Shown here in pieces: positions 45,405 to 60,047 of a DNA stretch of 64,000 nucleotides. Source of the DNA: Eledone cirrhosa (lineage: Eukaryota); NCBI GenBank assembly GCA_964016885.1, contig OZ024750.1:1426001-1490000 (forward strand), given 5' to 3'. How positions within the stretch are numbered: position 1 is the first letter of the stretch; each line of letters begins with the position of its first letter. The notes under the pieces were generated by a model. That model had not been told where the DNA came from and did no database searches. It saw only the letters and a list, made by a program, of their open reading frames with translations. The position numbers and the translations under genes are program-made.

Positions 45405-46879
45405 AAATGGCTTCTACAGGACTAGAACTTATATATATCCAGATTTGTACGGATTCTCTCGGCTGGCTTCGTAAACCAATATTTATCTCCCATGTGAGTG
45501 CTGAACTTGCTTTGATTGAAGTTGAATGTTTTTATCTATTCCTATTCGATTTGTATATATTTGTTTGCAACTCTGTCTTTGTTCTTTACATAATTTGGCT
45601 TATATTCAGTTTTTGAATTTCTGCAACGTGTTCCCTAACAATGCTCAGTTTCTGGAAGACCCCTTCTTTGGCTTTGGTCACGTGTTATTACAAGCCTGAA
45701 ACTGTTGCATTTGTGATGTCAGTGACTGGACTTGTATGAGTCGATTAAATACATTTTTCTTCTCGATGGATCGAGGATATGCTCAAGGGCCAAATTATGT
45801 AATGTCCTTATTTTGAGTTAATGGTGAGCTATTTCTAACATTAACACTTACCACCTTTATCCTATCGAGGTTGTGTAAAATAGACGACGTGCTATGTCAG
45901 TTACATAACAACTAAAACATTATGACACTGTCAGACGTACACGCAATGTCCATCTATTAAATCATATTCAGAAAGTTTTGTTCAACGTTACGCTATTGTG
46001 GAGAAGTGTTCTCAATGTGCAAGGTGCTACGCGAAACCACATAATTGCGAACTGAACTATTTAAACACAGCACCCCATTGTATACGGGCAGTGGCATACA
46101 TAACCAATTTATAATTAGACTATATTGTCAATAGGTATTTAATTATGAAGTAAAATGAAGAATCTGAGACAACAATTGATTGTCTGCTTCTTCAATAGTT
46201 ATTCAGTAAGAAAGGTCATGGAAGAGATTGACAATTTCAACTGGCGTTGAGTAGTGAAGGAGCTAACACTTGGGTGTCTGACAAAGAGAAGGACATAGAA
46301 AGCAGTATTATGGCATTTTTGTTGTATACAAATAAACGCAGACAGAATTTAAATTAAATAATATGTGTAGGTAGTGAAGAGGAAGGTAAAGAGATGTCTG
46401 GTGGGAAGGTTGGCGAGTCAAGCGAATGAGAAACATGTATTTGAATATGAGTAGAAAGAGCAGATTCCTCAGGTCAGATTGGTGATGAATACTGTGCTCA
46501 AACGAGGAGGGAAGAATTATCAAGTTTCGAGTCAGGATAATGTCATTTCAAGGAACAGATGACAATTATTAATCACACCGAGAAAGATATCTTAACAAAG
46601 ATAAGTAAAAGGCATTGATAAAGTTCTAAATTTATAGAGGGGATGATGTGGAACCTGAAATATCGAGAGAGAAATGGTTGTGAATGCTGTTTGTGGTGAT
46701 CCAAAGCGGGAGATAGGACTTAGAGTAGAACTGCAACTCGAGCCGGATACACACGTAAAGACAAGGCACATCTAAAGCTATATATAGTAAAGAAACGTAC
46801 AATTATATTGGTGAAACGTGGTCAGTAGCTCTAAGCGCACATTAATAAATGCCAAATATATAAGCACACCTCCATATAA

Positions 46880-46914
<35 letters not shown>

Positions 46915-47075
46915 TATATTTCGTTTCTGAATTTGTTTAGCAAGATTCTTTATATGAAAACGTGTGTTGAACCCGGATGTAACACATGCGCAAAGTAAGC
47001 ACAAAACACACACGAAAACAAGATGGCGTAGGACAGAACAAAGGAGAGGCACAAAAACAAAGAAAAGAATCCCCA

Positions 47076-47118
47076 GTCAATGAAGAGGTCACAGAATGTG
47101 TGACGAAAGAACTTTGAC
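47076..47118 (+). ncRNA. Hammerhead-like motif with C3A core defect
   Basis: gtca-ATGAAGA-g gtcaca gaatg tgtgac-GAAA-gaac-TT-tgac. Confidence 0.4.
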
Positions 47119-47270
47119 AATATATGAACAACCGTCCGGTTGTAGAACCAACCAACCAACCAACCAGAAATTTATAAATTCTTAAATTTATAAATTTAAT
47201 TTATAATAAATTGGAGTGAAAGCTACAGGTGCGTGTGTTTCTTATTGGCAACATGATCCTCCCAAAGCAT

Positions 47271-47347
<77 letters not shown>

Positions 47348-48668
47348 AACTCTTGTATGGAGAGGTTATGCATTGATACTAATTATATGTTCGCAGCATT
47401 TACACTGAATATGTTTAAGGAAGGAACACTAGCGAGTTTGGTAAACAGTGAAGGTATACTGGTAACACGAAATACTGATATATCTATAATGATATATATT
47501 CTGGTAGGTAATCCTGTCCGAAATAATCTATTATTCAGATGTACTGGTCCTTTTAATAAGTACTGCATGTTAAAGAAAATTCAAGTAATTATTTAATGAT
47601 GTTGATGGATAGAGTTGTGAGTCATTCTCTATCGATTAAATGTGATGTGAACAATGCTAGCGCAATTTAAATGTCTCTGCATAGAGCGAAACCTGTGAAT
47701 AGAAACATAGTGTTGAATCTACAGTCGTCACACGTAGACATCTCATGTTTGAAAGAAGATATTTGAGCTAAACTTAATTACATTTCAGCACAGTTTTGAT
47801 ACTATAGAAGTAAATTTGTCGTGACATATATATATCTGTTAAATGTTATAGTAGCAGAAGGAAATATATGTGGCAAATCTTCCATGGTGTATATTTGATA
47901 ATAGACTGTTTTATGGGACTGAGCTCATCAAACTAATGTAAAACTAGAGGAATTGGAATTACAAAATGCTAGAATATGGGTTTGAGACAAATAAATTAAC
48001 AGTATAACTTCGACAAAAATTATCTTCTTTTCTCTTTCGTTTACTTTTCTTCCTTCTGCTTCTTCTTCACACATTAGTAGAACGTGTTGTATGTGTTCAA
48101 CTTTATTGGCAATATATTATAGAAGACTTGGCCATCAATTCACCTTAACCCTTTACAGTCAATGGACCATTCTGTACCTTTCTTTTCCGAAAGAAATAAT
48201 ATTAACGGCGACTCATTCGCCTGATTTCCATTACTTTGTTTTCAAACTGTTTTAGTTTTGATTAATGTCAGACACGATTTTACATTAGTTCACTTATAGG
48301 ATGCTTTACTCAAATTAAGATTGGCATTCCATCATCAATAACAACTAATTGCTGATCATTTGCCACAAAATATCATATGTTTACTCCACGTGATTATTCA
48401 CTATATTCTCAACATATCCTTCACGCTGCCAAGTTTATCAAAATGTTCACTATTTAGTTAAACCATAAAGTTTAATACCAGCAGTCAAGTACGCTAAAAC
48501 CTATCTTCTAAAAATTGTTATCACTTAGATAGAAATTTACAGTTGAAGTTATAAAATTCAGAAATACATTTATGCTCTTTGATATGTAAACTATATATTC
48601 TTATTTCTCGTTTTTAGAAATATAAACGTCTACAATAAATATACTATAATTAACGCTAACGAATTATG

Positions 48669-48856
48669 TACGTGAATCGGCTGAAAGGTTCATAGGCTGA
48701 CCAACATACTCTTATGGAATGACCACATGAGGTTTATTGTTCAACATATTCTCTCATAAGAAATTATGCAGTTATTAATAAGAGTTGAAATTAATTCATG
48801 CAAAATTTCACAATTCTAGGATCAGTTCTTCATAATCACTCTATGAACCTTTCGTA
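48669..48856. mobile_element. Mariner-type MITE copy
   Basis: tcggctgaaaggttcataggctgacc start and ctatgaacctttc end. Confidence 0.7.
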
Positions 48857-49256
48857 AATACGAAAAGATATAACTCTTGAATAAATAAAACAATATTTGC
48901 ACCATTGTGTTCGGTGCTTCTGCCATAATTATGTACGTACTATGCGAAAGATTCCAGGAAAGCTATGTTGAGTCAGCTTTAGTTTTAACTAAATATATTG
49001 TTCTTAGAATATCACTCAAAAAGGGAACTACCTTAGAAAAATATCAGCCTATTGTTTAGATGTATTCATGAACAACTTCAAACACAGTGTATGCACACAT
49101 ATACAGGTACACACATACACACATACACACTTACATATACTTACAAATATGTGTGTATGGGTGTGTGTGTGTGTTTAGGAAGAAAATATATGACAGCAGT
49201 CTCCTGAGGTATCTACTCCAGATATTTCCGGACCCAGCAGTGCAGATACTCGATAT

Positions 49257-49324
<68 letters not shown>

Positions 49325-49453
49325 CAAAATATATATGTATATATATATATATATATATATAAAGAAAAAGAGATGAAATCGAAAATGCAACTGGAGTCTT
49401 ATTTTTTTAATTTTTTTTTATTTAAAAAAAAATATATATATATTTATTTGGTT

Positions 49454-49491
49454 CCTTTACCGGTTTCGCAGTTCTTCTGCTTTTCAAAAGG
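49454..49491 (-). ncRNA. Minimal hammerhead, U3-A8 variant (left arm)
   Basis: Mirror of 49561-49598. Confidence 0.75.
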
Positions 49492-49560
49492 TGAGTTGAG
49501 ATGGAGGATCTGTGGTTTTCTCACATGTGAGAAAAACCACAGACCCTCCATCTCAACTCA

Positions 49561-49598
49561 CCTTTTGAAAAGCAGAAGAACTGCGAAACCGGTAAAGG
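49561..49598 (+). ncRNA. Minimal hammerhead, U3-A8 variant (right arm)
   Basis: cctt-TTGAAAA-gcag aagaa ctgc-GAAA-ccgg-TA-aagg; stems I and II pair perfectly and stem III is the palindrome CCGG. Confidence 0.75.
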
Positions 49599-49733
49599 AA
49601 CCAAATAAATATATATATTTAAAAAAAAAAAAATAAGACTCCAGTTGCATTTTCGATTTCATCTCTTTTTCTTTATACTTTCACTGGTGTAGGACACCTC
49701 GGTTATTTTTCATTTTGTAAAAAAAAACCTCAC

Positions 49734-49767
<34 letters not shown>

Positions 49768-50577
49768 CAAGAACAACGTTTTAGTGTCCAGGATGAAGAA
49801 TTTAGAATATTTCCACTGGGAATCTTACAGTAATATTTTGATGACTTATATTCACAAATATCAGCGAAATATTTCTGCATCATTTTTGTTTTAAAATATT
49901 GAGGAATGCTTGCAAGTAGCAATCGGGGAAAAATTTATATCATGGTTATGAAAAAAGTGCAAAGAATAAGACAGATATATTAATAAACTTGTTTGAAATG
50001 TGATAGCTAATTACGATTCTTTATTGTACACAAAACTACTGGGATATAGTTTAAATACATATTTGTTGAGAAAGAGTACACAATTTAAACGACGTGTAAA
50101 TGGGCTGATGGTAAATATGACACAAACAAACATGTCATTGAATTGTACGTATTTCTCCACGGACACAAATTGCTTACACAAACTGTCATAAATTTTGAGT
50201 TGAAACAAAATACAAACCGGAAACACAGTTCGGTTCGTAGAGAAATTCGTAAAAAAAGACTTGTTTGCTCATGTCAATGTGTTTATTTACTGATTCACTC
50301 AGCTTTAAAACTTGTTCTGTTTCTGCAGAGATATATGACAAAGATTTTGAAGACACAATAAAAAAGAACATTTTAATCAATACTTTGAAAGTGGCTCATA
50401 ACCTGAAATTTTAATATCTTATCATCTTTAACTTCAGTTTTCATCTATTTTATTTTAAATTATTGAATAAATCAATAATTTGAAATTAATTAATTCGAGA
50501 TTTAGCTGTTTATAGTTAAGTATTAATATATAAGTTTGACATATTGACCTGTATACTGGAAACGAATTGACCGGATA

Positions 50578-50652
<75 letters not shown>

Positions 50653-50654
<2 letters not shown>

Positions 50655-50710
50655 CAGGGTGTCCCAAAAATGTATACACACTTATTAAAATGCTATTGAA
50701 GTGTATATCC
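50653..50710. mobile_element. Tc1/mariner-like terminal remnant
   Basis: TA-CAGGGTGTCCCAAAA terminus typical of Tc1/mariner TIRs; no partner end found. Confidence 0.4.
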
Positions 50711-50748
50711 ATATATGTACATATCTACTAATATACATTCATGCATAT

Positions 50749-50780
<32 letters not shown>

Positions 50781-51361
50781 GTATATATACACCTACCCTT
50801 ATATGTATGTATGCATATATGACTGTATATATATATGATTCAATACAAAAATCAGATGTATTCTGTACAACAGATCCCACCAATACTACACCGACAACTG
50901 CCTGAATAATATAGTCGCAGTAGCAAGAATATGAAAGAAGAACAGAAATGGAAATCAAGAAAGATTATGAAGATAATGATACTGGTGATTGATAATAATA
51001 ACGATGATGATGATGATATGAGGGAAGATGTGGAAGACGACGATGATGATGATGAGGAGGAAAACGGTGACGTTGGTGATGATAATGCTGGTTGAGTTCG
51101 TAGTGGTGATGATACAATTTTGCTAATTCAGTATAGCATTTGCTTTCAATGAGATGCAATATGAAATCAGGCTAACAAAGTATCTTTCTACAGAATCTGA
51201 AAGCGAATAAATCTTTATGTTAAACACGCCGCATTCTGAGTTGTAATCATTCTATATCCATAAGATTTAGTCACGAAATATTTTGTCTAAGTCCAATGAA
51301 TATCTCATGCTAACAAACACCATGCAAATCCCCTTCCATAACATTTAATATAATGATGATG

Positions 51362-51400
<39 letters not shown>

Positions 51401-51588
51401 GTTGTTTCTACTTTAGGCTCAAGGCCAGCAATTACCCAGAGCATTACTGGTACTTTATTTTATCGACCTCGTAAGGATGAAAGGCAAAGTCAACCTCGGC
51501 GGGATTTGAACTCAGAACGTAAAGGGCCATAACTATGCTGTAAAGCATGGTGTCTGACGCTCTATCGATTCTGCCAATCTACCGCCCT
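51401..51588 (-). mobile_element. SINE, full length, with (AAT)n tail
   Basis: Homologous to the other SINE copies; (AAT)n at 51363-51400. Confidence 0.9.
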
Positions 51589-52079
51589 AGAATATTTAAA
51601 GTGATCACGCTGTGGATCAAAGCTGTGGTATATCCATTTTGTCTCGCTTTTGCAGCAACAGTAATATTTTATATATGATTTTACAAACATGTGTTTCCTA
51701 CATTAATATAGAATATATATCGTTTGGTATCAGTTACATCTAAATGGAAGATTTTTTAGGAATACATTAAAATCTATATATGGTATAGAAGACTGAAATA
51801 TAGTTGGTGCGAGGAAGGGAATATTATATGTTGAAAAGGAAGGTGAGAGGAAAGATTTTAAAAAGTAGACAAAGCCTCAACATGTAACCATACATAACAA
51901 AATTAAAATATGGCTATAAATCCGATACTTTACAGGATATAAACATTATTAAAATATACAAATATATTTATATGTACAATTCTCTGGTTTTAAAGGATAA
52001 CTTATTCAAATAATACTCGGAAAAAATCTAAAAAAAATCTCACACATTCACTCAGACACACACACGCGTCTATATATGG

Positions 52080-52122
52080 AAATATATATATATATGCATA
52101 TATTTTTATATGTATGTATATA

Positions 52123-52171
<49 letters not shown>

Positions 52172-52209
52172 TATATATGTATATATATATATATATATAT
52201 ATAATTATA

Positions 52210-52263
<54 letters not shown>

Positions 52264-52321
52264 TATATAGTTATATATATGTATATATAAATATATATAT
52301 ATGTATATATATATATGTATG

Positions 52322-52418
<97 letters not shown>

Positions 52419-52480
52419 CTATATATATATATGTGTGTGTGTGTGTAGATAGATAGATAGATAGACAGATAGACAGATAG
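52080..52480. repeat. (TA)n/(GT)n/(GATA)n compound microsatellite
   Basis: Direct reading. Confidence 0.95.
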
Positions 52481-52820
52481 TAATGAGGAGAATATGCTGG
52501 AACATACTTCTTTCATTTGTAGATAATTTGAAGAGTATCACAAAACCAGAAACGTATACATAGCATACATATATAATAAAAAGTTAAAAGGGATTTGAAA
52601 TGTGGGAAAAAAACGATGCGATAGAGGCATTAACAATATGAAAATATACTTATGCACGATTTAACTTGTGGCTTTTTTTGAATAACAGTATTACCTCAAA
52701 AGGTTATTACACAAGTTTACAGGAAACACACTCTTTCTCTCTCTCACACACACATATATGTATATATAGATAACTATGTGTATGTATATATATTTATATA
52801 TATATATATATATAACTTAC

Positions 52821-52856
<36 letters not shown>

Positions 52857-53966
52857 ATATATATCATATAAGTATGCGCCATAAAATATGCCCGAATGAG
52901 AATACACGTGCTTCTTCTCAAGTATGTATGTACGTATATGTGTGCGTGTGTGTGTGTGTGCGTGTGGGGGGGGGGTATGAGTGTGTGTAGAGAAGTAATA
53001 AATGGAATATGTTTAATACTTCAATTTATGCAGTTTCATATATGTGTGTATATATATATATATATACATACATATGTAATGAAAACAAATCTTCTTTCCT
53101 ATTGTTTATTTTTATGTCTGGCCCTTATAGTGTAACCGACGAGTCGTGTTAATATACTTCTCTGACGTAATCTAATATAATCTCTATATATATATGTTGC
53201 TTTCATTAAGCTAGGGTATATAGGTTTTATGTGAGGAACCTCTTCACTGTATTGGCTTAAATACTTCCAAATGACTAGAAATAGATTATTGTATATGATT
53301 TATTTCCCTTATTTGTGCATCCAAAAAGGGAATATTCGTCTTGAAACTGCGAGACTTAGTTGCCCTGATTATGTTTCTACTTGTCTCATCTAGACTTCAA
53401 GCCTGTTTGTATGTATACACTTCGAGATTATCTTCGGTTCCTCCATATATCTCTGGACTCTCAGATATATTGACACGCACACACAGACAGCAAGGCACAC
53501 GCCCATAGAAACACACACAAACACTTACGCACGCACACACATACACCTACATACATATTTATATACATATGACCTAGTTCCTATTAGGTGTGCTAAACAT
53601 AATGAAGCACGTGATATTCTAGAATATCTATACTGTGCGATTGCAATTAAGTTTTATATTTATTCCATTCTTGAAAAATTTCCTTCAACACGAATATCAT
53701 TTTCTTGTGTTGACGAGTAGTTCTCTCGCAGCACACAGACACACACGCACACACACATGTATATGTGTGTGTGCGTGTGTGTGCATATGTGTGTGTGTAT
53801 GTGTGTGTATTCGTGTTTGTGTTCCTGTATGTGTGTGCTTCTGTGTGTCTGCGTGTATGTGTGTTTAAGCAAAAATACACACAGAAAAACATTTTGTTAA
53901 AACGAACAAACTTCATCTCTGCCTCGTCAACTAACATGCTGACATATCATTTTTCATTATTTTCAA

Positions 53967-54056
53967 TTTGCCTTTCATCCTTACGGGGTCGATAAAATAA
54001 AGTACCAGTAATACACTAGGATAATTGCTGGCCTTGTGCCAAAAGTGGAAACAATT
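53967..54056 (+). mobile_element. SINE 3' fragment
   Basis: 12-bp TSD attattttcaat on both sides. Confidence 0.9.
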
Positions 54057-54325
54057 ATTTTCAATATGGAATCTTATGATTTTTTTTTATGTATGTCATG
54101 CTTATTTAGCTAGCCTTGTAGTATGGTAGTAATTCCGTAATCAAACGAATGTCATTTTGACAATCAAGTGAGAGTACTCAACGATCACACTTGAAAATGT
54201 AATTTTGACTCGACATGCAAAATTGCAGTGGATATTCCGGCTAGCCGTTTTCAACTTACAGTTGCTATATTGATTATCAAATAAATCTTCAAGACGTGTA
54301 AATGTCTCTGGTAATATTTATTTTT

Positions 54326-54453
54326 TTCCCACTTGCAAGTGTGTATATATACATGTAGATGTAAACGTGAGTTGCTAGCGAGTGATCTACTTCCCACTTG
54401 CAAGTGTATATATACATGTAGATGTAAACGTGAGTTGCTAGCGAGTGATCTAC
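54326..54453. repeat. ~64-bp tandem duplication
   Basis: ttcccacttgcaagtgt...gcgagtgatctac twice, with a 2-bp indel. Confidence 0.95.
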
Positions 54454-54699
54454 GCTGATTACAACCTGTTGAAAACAGTTGCTCTAAGACTTCAGATAGA
54501 AGTATATGTTAAGGAGTGTGTAGGTGTATCATTGTGCCAGCATCTGTTACTATTTATGTACGGCTATGTCTATGTGTTTGTGCGTGATTGCATTTATGTG
54601 CATCTATGTATATATGTCGGTGTGTGATTTCAAATGTGTGTATATATGTGCGTCTATGTGTATGTGTCTGCATGATTGCAAATATGCGCAGTTATGTGC

Positions 54700-55470
54700 G
54701 TATATGTCTATGTGTGTATGTGTGTATGTGTGTATGTGTGTATGTGTGTATGTGTATATGTGTATATGTGTATGTGTATATGTGTTTGTGTATATGTGTT
54801 TGTGTATATGTGTTTGTGTATATGTGTATATGTGTTTGTGTTTGTGTGTTTGTGTGTATGTGTTTGTGTATATGTGTATATGTGTTTGTGTATATGTGTT
54901 TGTGTATATGTGTTTGTGTATATGTGTTTGTGTATATGTGTTTGTGTATATGTGTTTGTGTATATGTGTTTGTGTATATGTGTTTGTGTATATGTGTTTG
55001 TGTATATGTGTATATGTGTTTGTGTATATGTGTTTGTGTATGTGTTTGTGTATATGTGTTTGTGTATATGTGTTTGTGTATATGTGTATATGTGTTTGTG
55101 TATATGTGTTTGTGTATATGTGTTTGTGTGTTTGTGTGTATGTGTTTGTGTATATGTGTATATGTGTTTGTGTATATGTGTTTGTGTATATGTGTTTGTG
55201 TATATGTGTTTGTGTATATGTGTTTGTGTATATGTGTTTGTGTATATGTGTTTGTGTATATGTGTATATGTGTTTGTGTATATGTGTTTGTGTATGTGTG
55301 TGTGTATATGTGTTTGTATATATGTGTGTGTATATGTGTTTGTGTATATGTGTTTGTGTAAATGTGTTTGTGTAAATGTGTTTGTGTAAATGTGTTTGTG
55401 TAAATGTGTTTGTGTAAATGTGTTTGTGTAAATGTGTTTGTGTATATGTGTTTGTGTATATGTGTTTGTG
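54700..55470. repeat. 14-bp minisatellite (tatatgtgtttgtg)n
   Basis: Direct reading; block of taaatgtgtttgtg variants at ~55360-55440. Confidence 0.95.
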
Positions 55471-55599
55471 CGTGATTGCAAATATACGCGTAAACATATG
55501 CATAAACATGTACATAAGGATGTAGGTAGGCATATATGTCGGTATGTGTGTACATATGCCTTTATACGTGTGCGGCGGCGTGCATTTTGTAGATGCTAA

Positions 55600-57480
55600 A
55601 TATATATTCCTTACATGTCTATTTTATACGTCGTTTTTTAATAACTGTGTGTATCTACTATACAGAAAGATAGAACATTGCCTAGACATATAATTTGATT
55701 TTTTGCTTTCAAACAAGAATATTAGACTGTGGCTCTCAAGAGGCAGTCTTCTTTCTGACTGTAAACATATCTATATTACATTAACAAATACTCGAATAGT
55801 TTCAGTTTAAAAAAAACAAAACATTTATTAATTTTTTTATATCTGAGATTGTCAATAGTTTTCTGCCTCCAATATGGATTTACAATAAAGTATTACGTGT
55901 TCGTTCCATTTTACTATCATTGAGACCTTTAATGTCGAAGAATTTATCCACATATGTATTTATTATATAGTATATTTACGTCACATATAGCTAGCTGATA
56001 CATACACTCACACACACACTCACACACACACACACACACACACGCACACACACATATAAATCCCAATGTATTTCCACAAAACTTATAAACTTATTTCCCA
56101 ACGCATGATTAGACGTTTGTTATCCTTATGTTTCTCTTGTATAATATTTTGTCATGCCAAATACTTATTTTATAAGGATATCATAAACATTGTTTTGATT
56201 TAGGATTATCTATAATCGTTTTAAACAGAACCATTCCAGAAATATCTTAAATATATCAGTTTCTGATTAAGTATAATTGACAGGATAATTGAAAAACATA
56301 ATTCCATGTATAAAATATATTATTTGGTTATCGATGATTATACGTCTACCTATGTTTTGTATTTATTGCCAAAAATTAATTTCATATTTACGTTTTTATG
56401 TGATTTCGTAGGTGATAAAAGCATCTGAAGCACAAGGCGCAGTGTTTTTATAATATAACTATTATTACAGCCAGTGTCGTTGATAAAGAAGTAAGTTACT
56501 ATAGTAATTTTTAGTACAAATATAAGATTAAAGTTTGATAAAACTCCGGTAATCTCCGGGGAATCTTCGCCCGTCATTCAGCTTCAATATCCGCTTCAAT
56601 CTAATTAATTCTACTGGCAAATCACGTCAGACATATACAGCTGGTTACATGCAACTAACTTACACTCTCTCTTCTTCCCACCATCTCTCTCATTCTTTCT
56701 TCATCTCTTGAGTATACCCATTCGTACATTTAGAATATTAGATCATATTATAAATTTAAAAATATATTATTAATAGATCTGTTTATTATAAGGTAGCCTT
56801 CATAACATTCGCTTGTATATCACGACACTAATAGAAGGGTACAGGATAGAAATGAGAGATTAATAGAGCAGAAATAGTAACAATTTTCAGTTTCTGAATT
56901 TAAACGCTTCTATGTTTTTCATCCCTCCGGCTCCAGAAAATATGCACCATCATTTGTTTCAATCGAAAACATACCTCTCAGCTAATGGTTGATGTGAAAA
57001 ATCATTATCATTATCATTATCAGATGTCAGTGTTAATGGAGAAAGCTTTCAGCGGATACATCTTACCTTCAGAGAATCTGTTAGCTGGCTTTAAAAAAAT
57101 AAATATTGAGTATGAGTCGTTCTACTTCAGTTAATGCCCCTAATATGTCTGTGTCAGGCGCTGAGTGTGCTATGACCTATTGCTTTAGAGGAACCTTATT
57201 AATGAAAGGCTATATTTTAATGGTATTGATGTTTAGTAGATTGTAAAGTAAACTTTCAATGTCCTTTCTCCTGGGATTATCGATTGAGCAATTTCACATG
57301 AAAGGAAACAGTTCAATAAACATGGCAAAATATGTGATAGCAAGTAAATATATTTCAATGCCTGTTAATGTACATGTCTGAATATGAAATAGGGAGACGC
57401 CCACGTATATATTTTCACTTACACCATGTATGAAAGAGAGTATATAAATAAGTAGATAGACTATGAGACGAGTGTATGGT
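55600..57480 (-). pseudogene. Decayed protocadherin-like remnant H (signal peptide to ~EC3)
   Basis: LIVYLLIYILSFIHG (signal-like), FSEGK..FSINTD, IEAE..DSPEITGVL. Confidence 0.35.
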
Positions 57481-59409
57481 GGGTCTGTTTCTGTCACCTT
57501 CATTACCATATGTCTATGACTAAAACACTTAACCCTAAATGACTGTGTCTAATTTTGAACTGTTAGTAGACTAATTGTTCCTAATAAACGGGTTGGTGAA
57601 GTGACGATTTGTCGTGTTGAATATAAGTGTTCCTGTGAGAAAGATTATTCCGATCCACATACCCCAATTAAAATATTGGCTACCAAAATACAAATACTTA
57701 CCTTGCATATCTCTTAGATTCGTTAAATGGGTGGAATAAGTTTTGATTATATCTACAAATATCGAAATATATCGGTGCCCCTCACTAGTTGGCTTTAAAG
57801 ACCAAACCTACTTCTATATTACATTTTCTATATTTCTTAATGATTTCAATTGATCAATTTTATTTTATATATTTCAGATTTTATATAACACCCTAAAGTC
57901 AGGTTTTGTCACGTAATTGCCTGGATAATTTCAGTTAATCTAAGTTGGTTAACTCATTATATTATATAAGTGAAACCCTACTGCATTTCAATAGTGAAAG
58001 TTAGATTTATTTTTGTGCGTATTGATTTCCGCTTAAAGATTATTCTATTTCCGTTTTCTATAAACATTTTCTATCTAACATTCAATAAATTGGGCGATCT
58101 ATTTATTTTTTTGTGACAATTAAATCCCAAATTTCTAGTAAATATATTTTATTATGTATATTGTGTTTATTTGTTATGCTTTTGCCAGTGTTTTCATTAT
58201 TAATTTTAAATGTTGAGTGAATGTTTCTGCTTATAATGATACAGCATCCGTGATTTGATTTATCTATTTCTATATTTCCCACTCTGAAAGATGGTGGAAA
58301 CTATATAGATTGTGGCATTATGCTATTATTTTCTGAGATCAAATCCCGCCGAGAGTGACTTAGCATTTCTCTCTCAATACAATAGTGTCAATCAAATGCT
58401 GGGTTTCGGTGAGATCAAGTATGCCAACCCCTAGGTTACAAGGACACACTTCTAAGTTATAAATGATATGCATTGTTTCGAATGTGTATCAGTGATTTAG
58501 AAATACAATCAGAACATCCGATTCTATTTCTAATGATGGAATTTAAATCTGGTCTTAAATCTTCTTCGCTGCAATCCGATTGGTTTAACTTATTCTGGAA
58601 TAGTCTATGGAATGAATTTTCCCATGCGGCAGTTATAGTCTCAAACGATATATAATGCGTTTGTTTTCATAGTACAAGATTTAGAAATCTATTATGTATG
58701 TAGATATGAGATATAGGAAGTGTAGCATTTTGATTAATATTGTTGCTTAACCCCAAGATACCCTGATCGAACAGAATATCCTGCATTCCAGGCTTAACAC
58801 CTTTTGATACTTTTATACAAAATATATCCATGACTAAATTATACTATGTGCTATGTGCTATGTATCCTTATCTTTCACACATTATAGTGTGATTTTAATG
58901 CTATTACTAGTAACTTGAACCAACACGAAGATGTTCCTTAGTTTTGTCATGTTTATTTGGAGTAGGAAGTCATAGTTTTATTACGGTGCTCAACAATTAT
59001 AAGTTTGGTCTGTCTCACTGAATTTGAATACACTGTGTATCGGCTTAAGGTGAAGTGGTAAAGATTTTCCTAATTATTTTCATCTTTTATATTTCTCTTT
59101 CTGGATTTCTGTAGCTTCTAGTTTATCAAATTAACCCGTATACTACAACGGAATATAACCGTTCCGTATCTTCATATTTTTGATTGAGCTAACCATTTAT
59201 ATTTTTCTTCTATTCTGTCAAATAACGTCAGTCTTCAGGTACAGCATTGGGACCTCAGGAAGACTATATTAGCATGTATCACAGCTGAGCCTTCTTACAA
59301 AGTATTGCTTTATGAAATTAACACGAGTCTATTCCTGGTTATTAAAAGGAAATAGAACAGCCATGGTTGGAACAAACCCAACATGTGGCTAAAAAAGAAT
59401 AACAATAAA

Positions 59410-59610
59410 TACGAGGTTAGACTGAAAGGTTCATAGGCTGACTGAACGAGTGATGCTAGAGCTGTGAAATGTTGCATGCATTGATTCCAACTGTTCTAAT
59501 TAATTACTGCATCGTTCCTTTCCAGGAACTATGTTGATAAATAAACCTGATTTGGTCATTCCATGAGAGTATCTTGGTTAAGTTATTGAACCTTTCAGCC
59601 GACCTCCGTA
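59410..59610. mobile_element. Complete mariner-type MITE (~200 bp)
   Basis: TIRs tacgaggttagactgaaaggttca / tgaacctttcagccgacctccgta with TA at both ends. Confidence 0.85.
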
Positions 59611-60047
59611 AACGCACAAAACTAATGTACATAGTAACATGCTTAGGCTGATTGCCGTTAATTCCTACTATATCCGTTCATTATACGATATATACTTCGC
59701 TGCCTTAACAACGATGGTTTGCTGGGAAAAAGCGTTCAAACATACTGACGGAAAGAAAAGAAGATTATATTCTAAATCTCTTGAATTTACTCGTCTTACG
59801 AGACGTGGGATTAGCGTAAACTTCTCATCAACATCAATTAATCAGCAACAGAGAATACGTCATCTGTAGACAATGTTTGTATACAAATACACACAAATCC
59901 CAACTCATATATTTGCATACACATACATATATATATATATATGTATATACGTGTATATTTATATTCATTTATGAGAAAAGGTTAATTTGATTGGTCGGTC
60001 GATCACCACATACCATATATATCGCTCCAATATTACCAACTATACAA

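Larger units (their letters stand above)
49358..49677. repeat. ~320-bp spacerless palindrome (fold-back PLE terminus)
   Basis: Arms mirror about tcacatgtga (49521-49530); differences mainly in A/T runs. Confidence 0.95.
44070..50390 (-). pseudogene. Decayed protocadherin-like remnant G (signal peptide to TM), split by insertions
   Basis: MIKMFFFIVSSKSLSYISAE (50380), LKIYDSLCKQ, ANESPL, IDGQVFY, IDRE (47625-47636), KGPVHL, VGPVSKADP..LLSYLLTN (~44820-44910), YQLEIILIAHD and a hydrophobic PILLFLVVYLSI (44067-44267 ORF). Confidence 0.55.

Noticed and set aside
54524-55555. Six-frame ORFs of ~240-310 aa
   Set aside because: Minisatellite open in all frames; low complexity.
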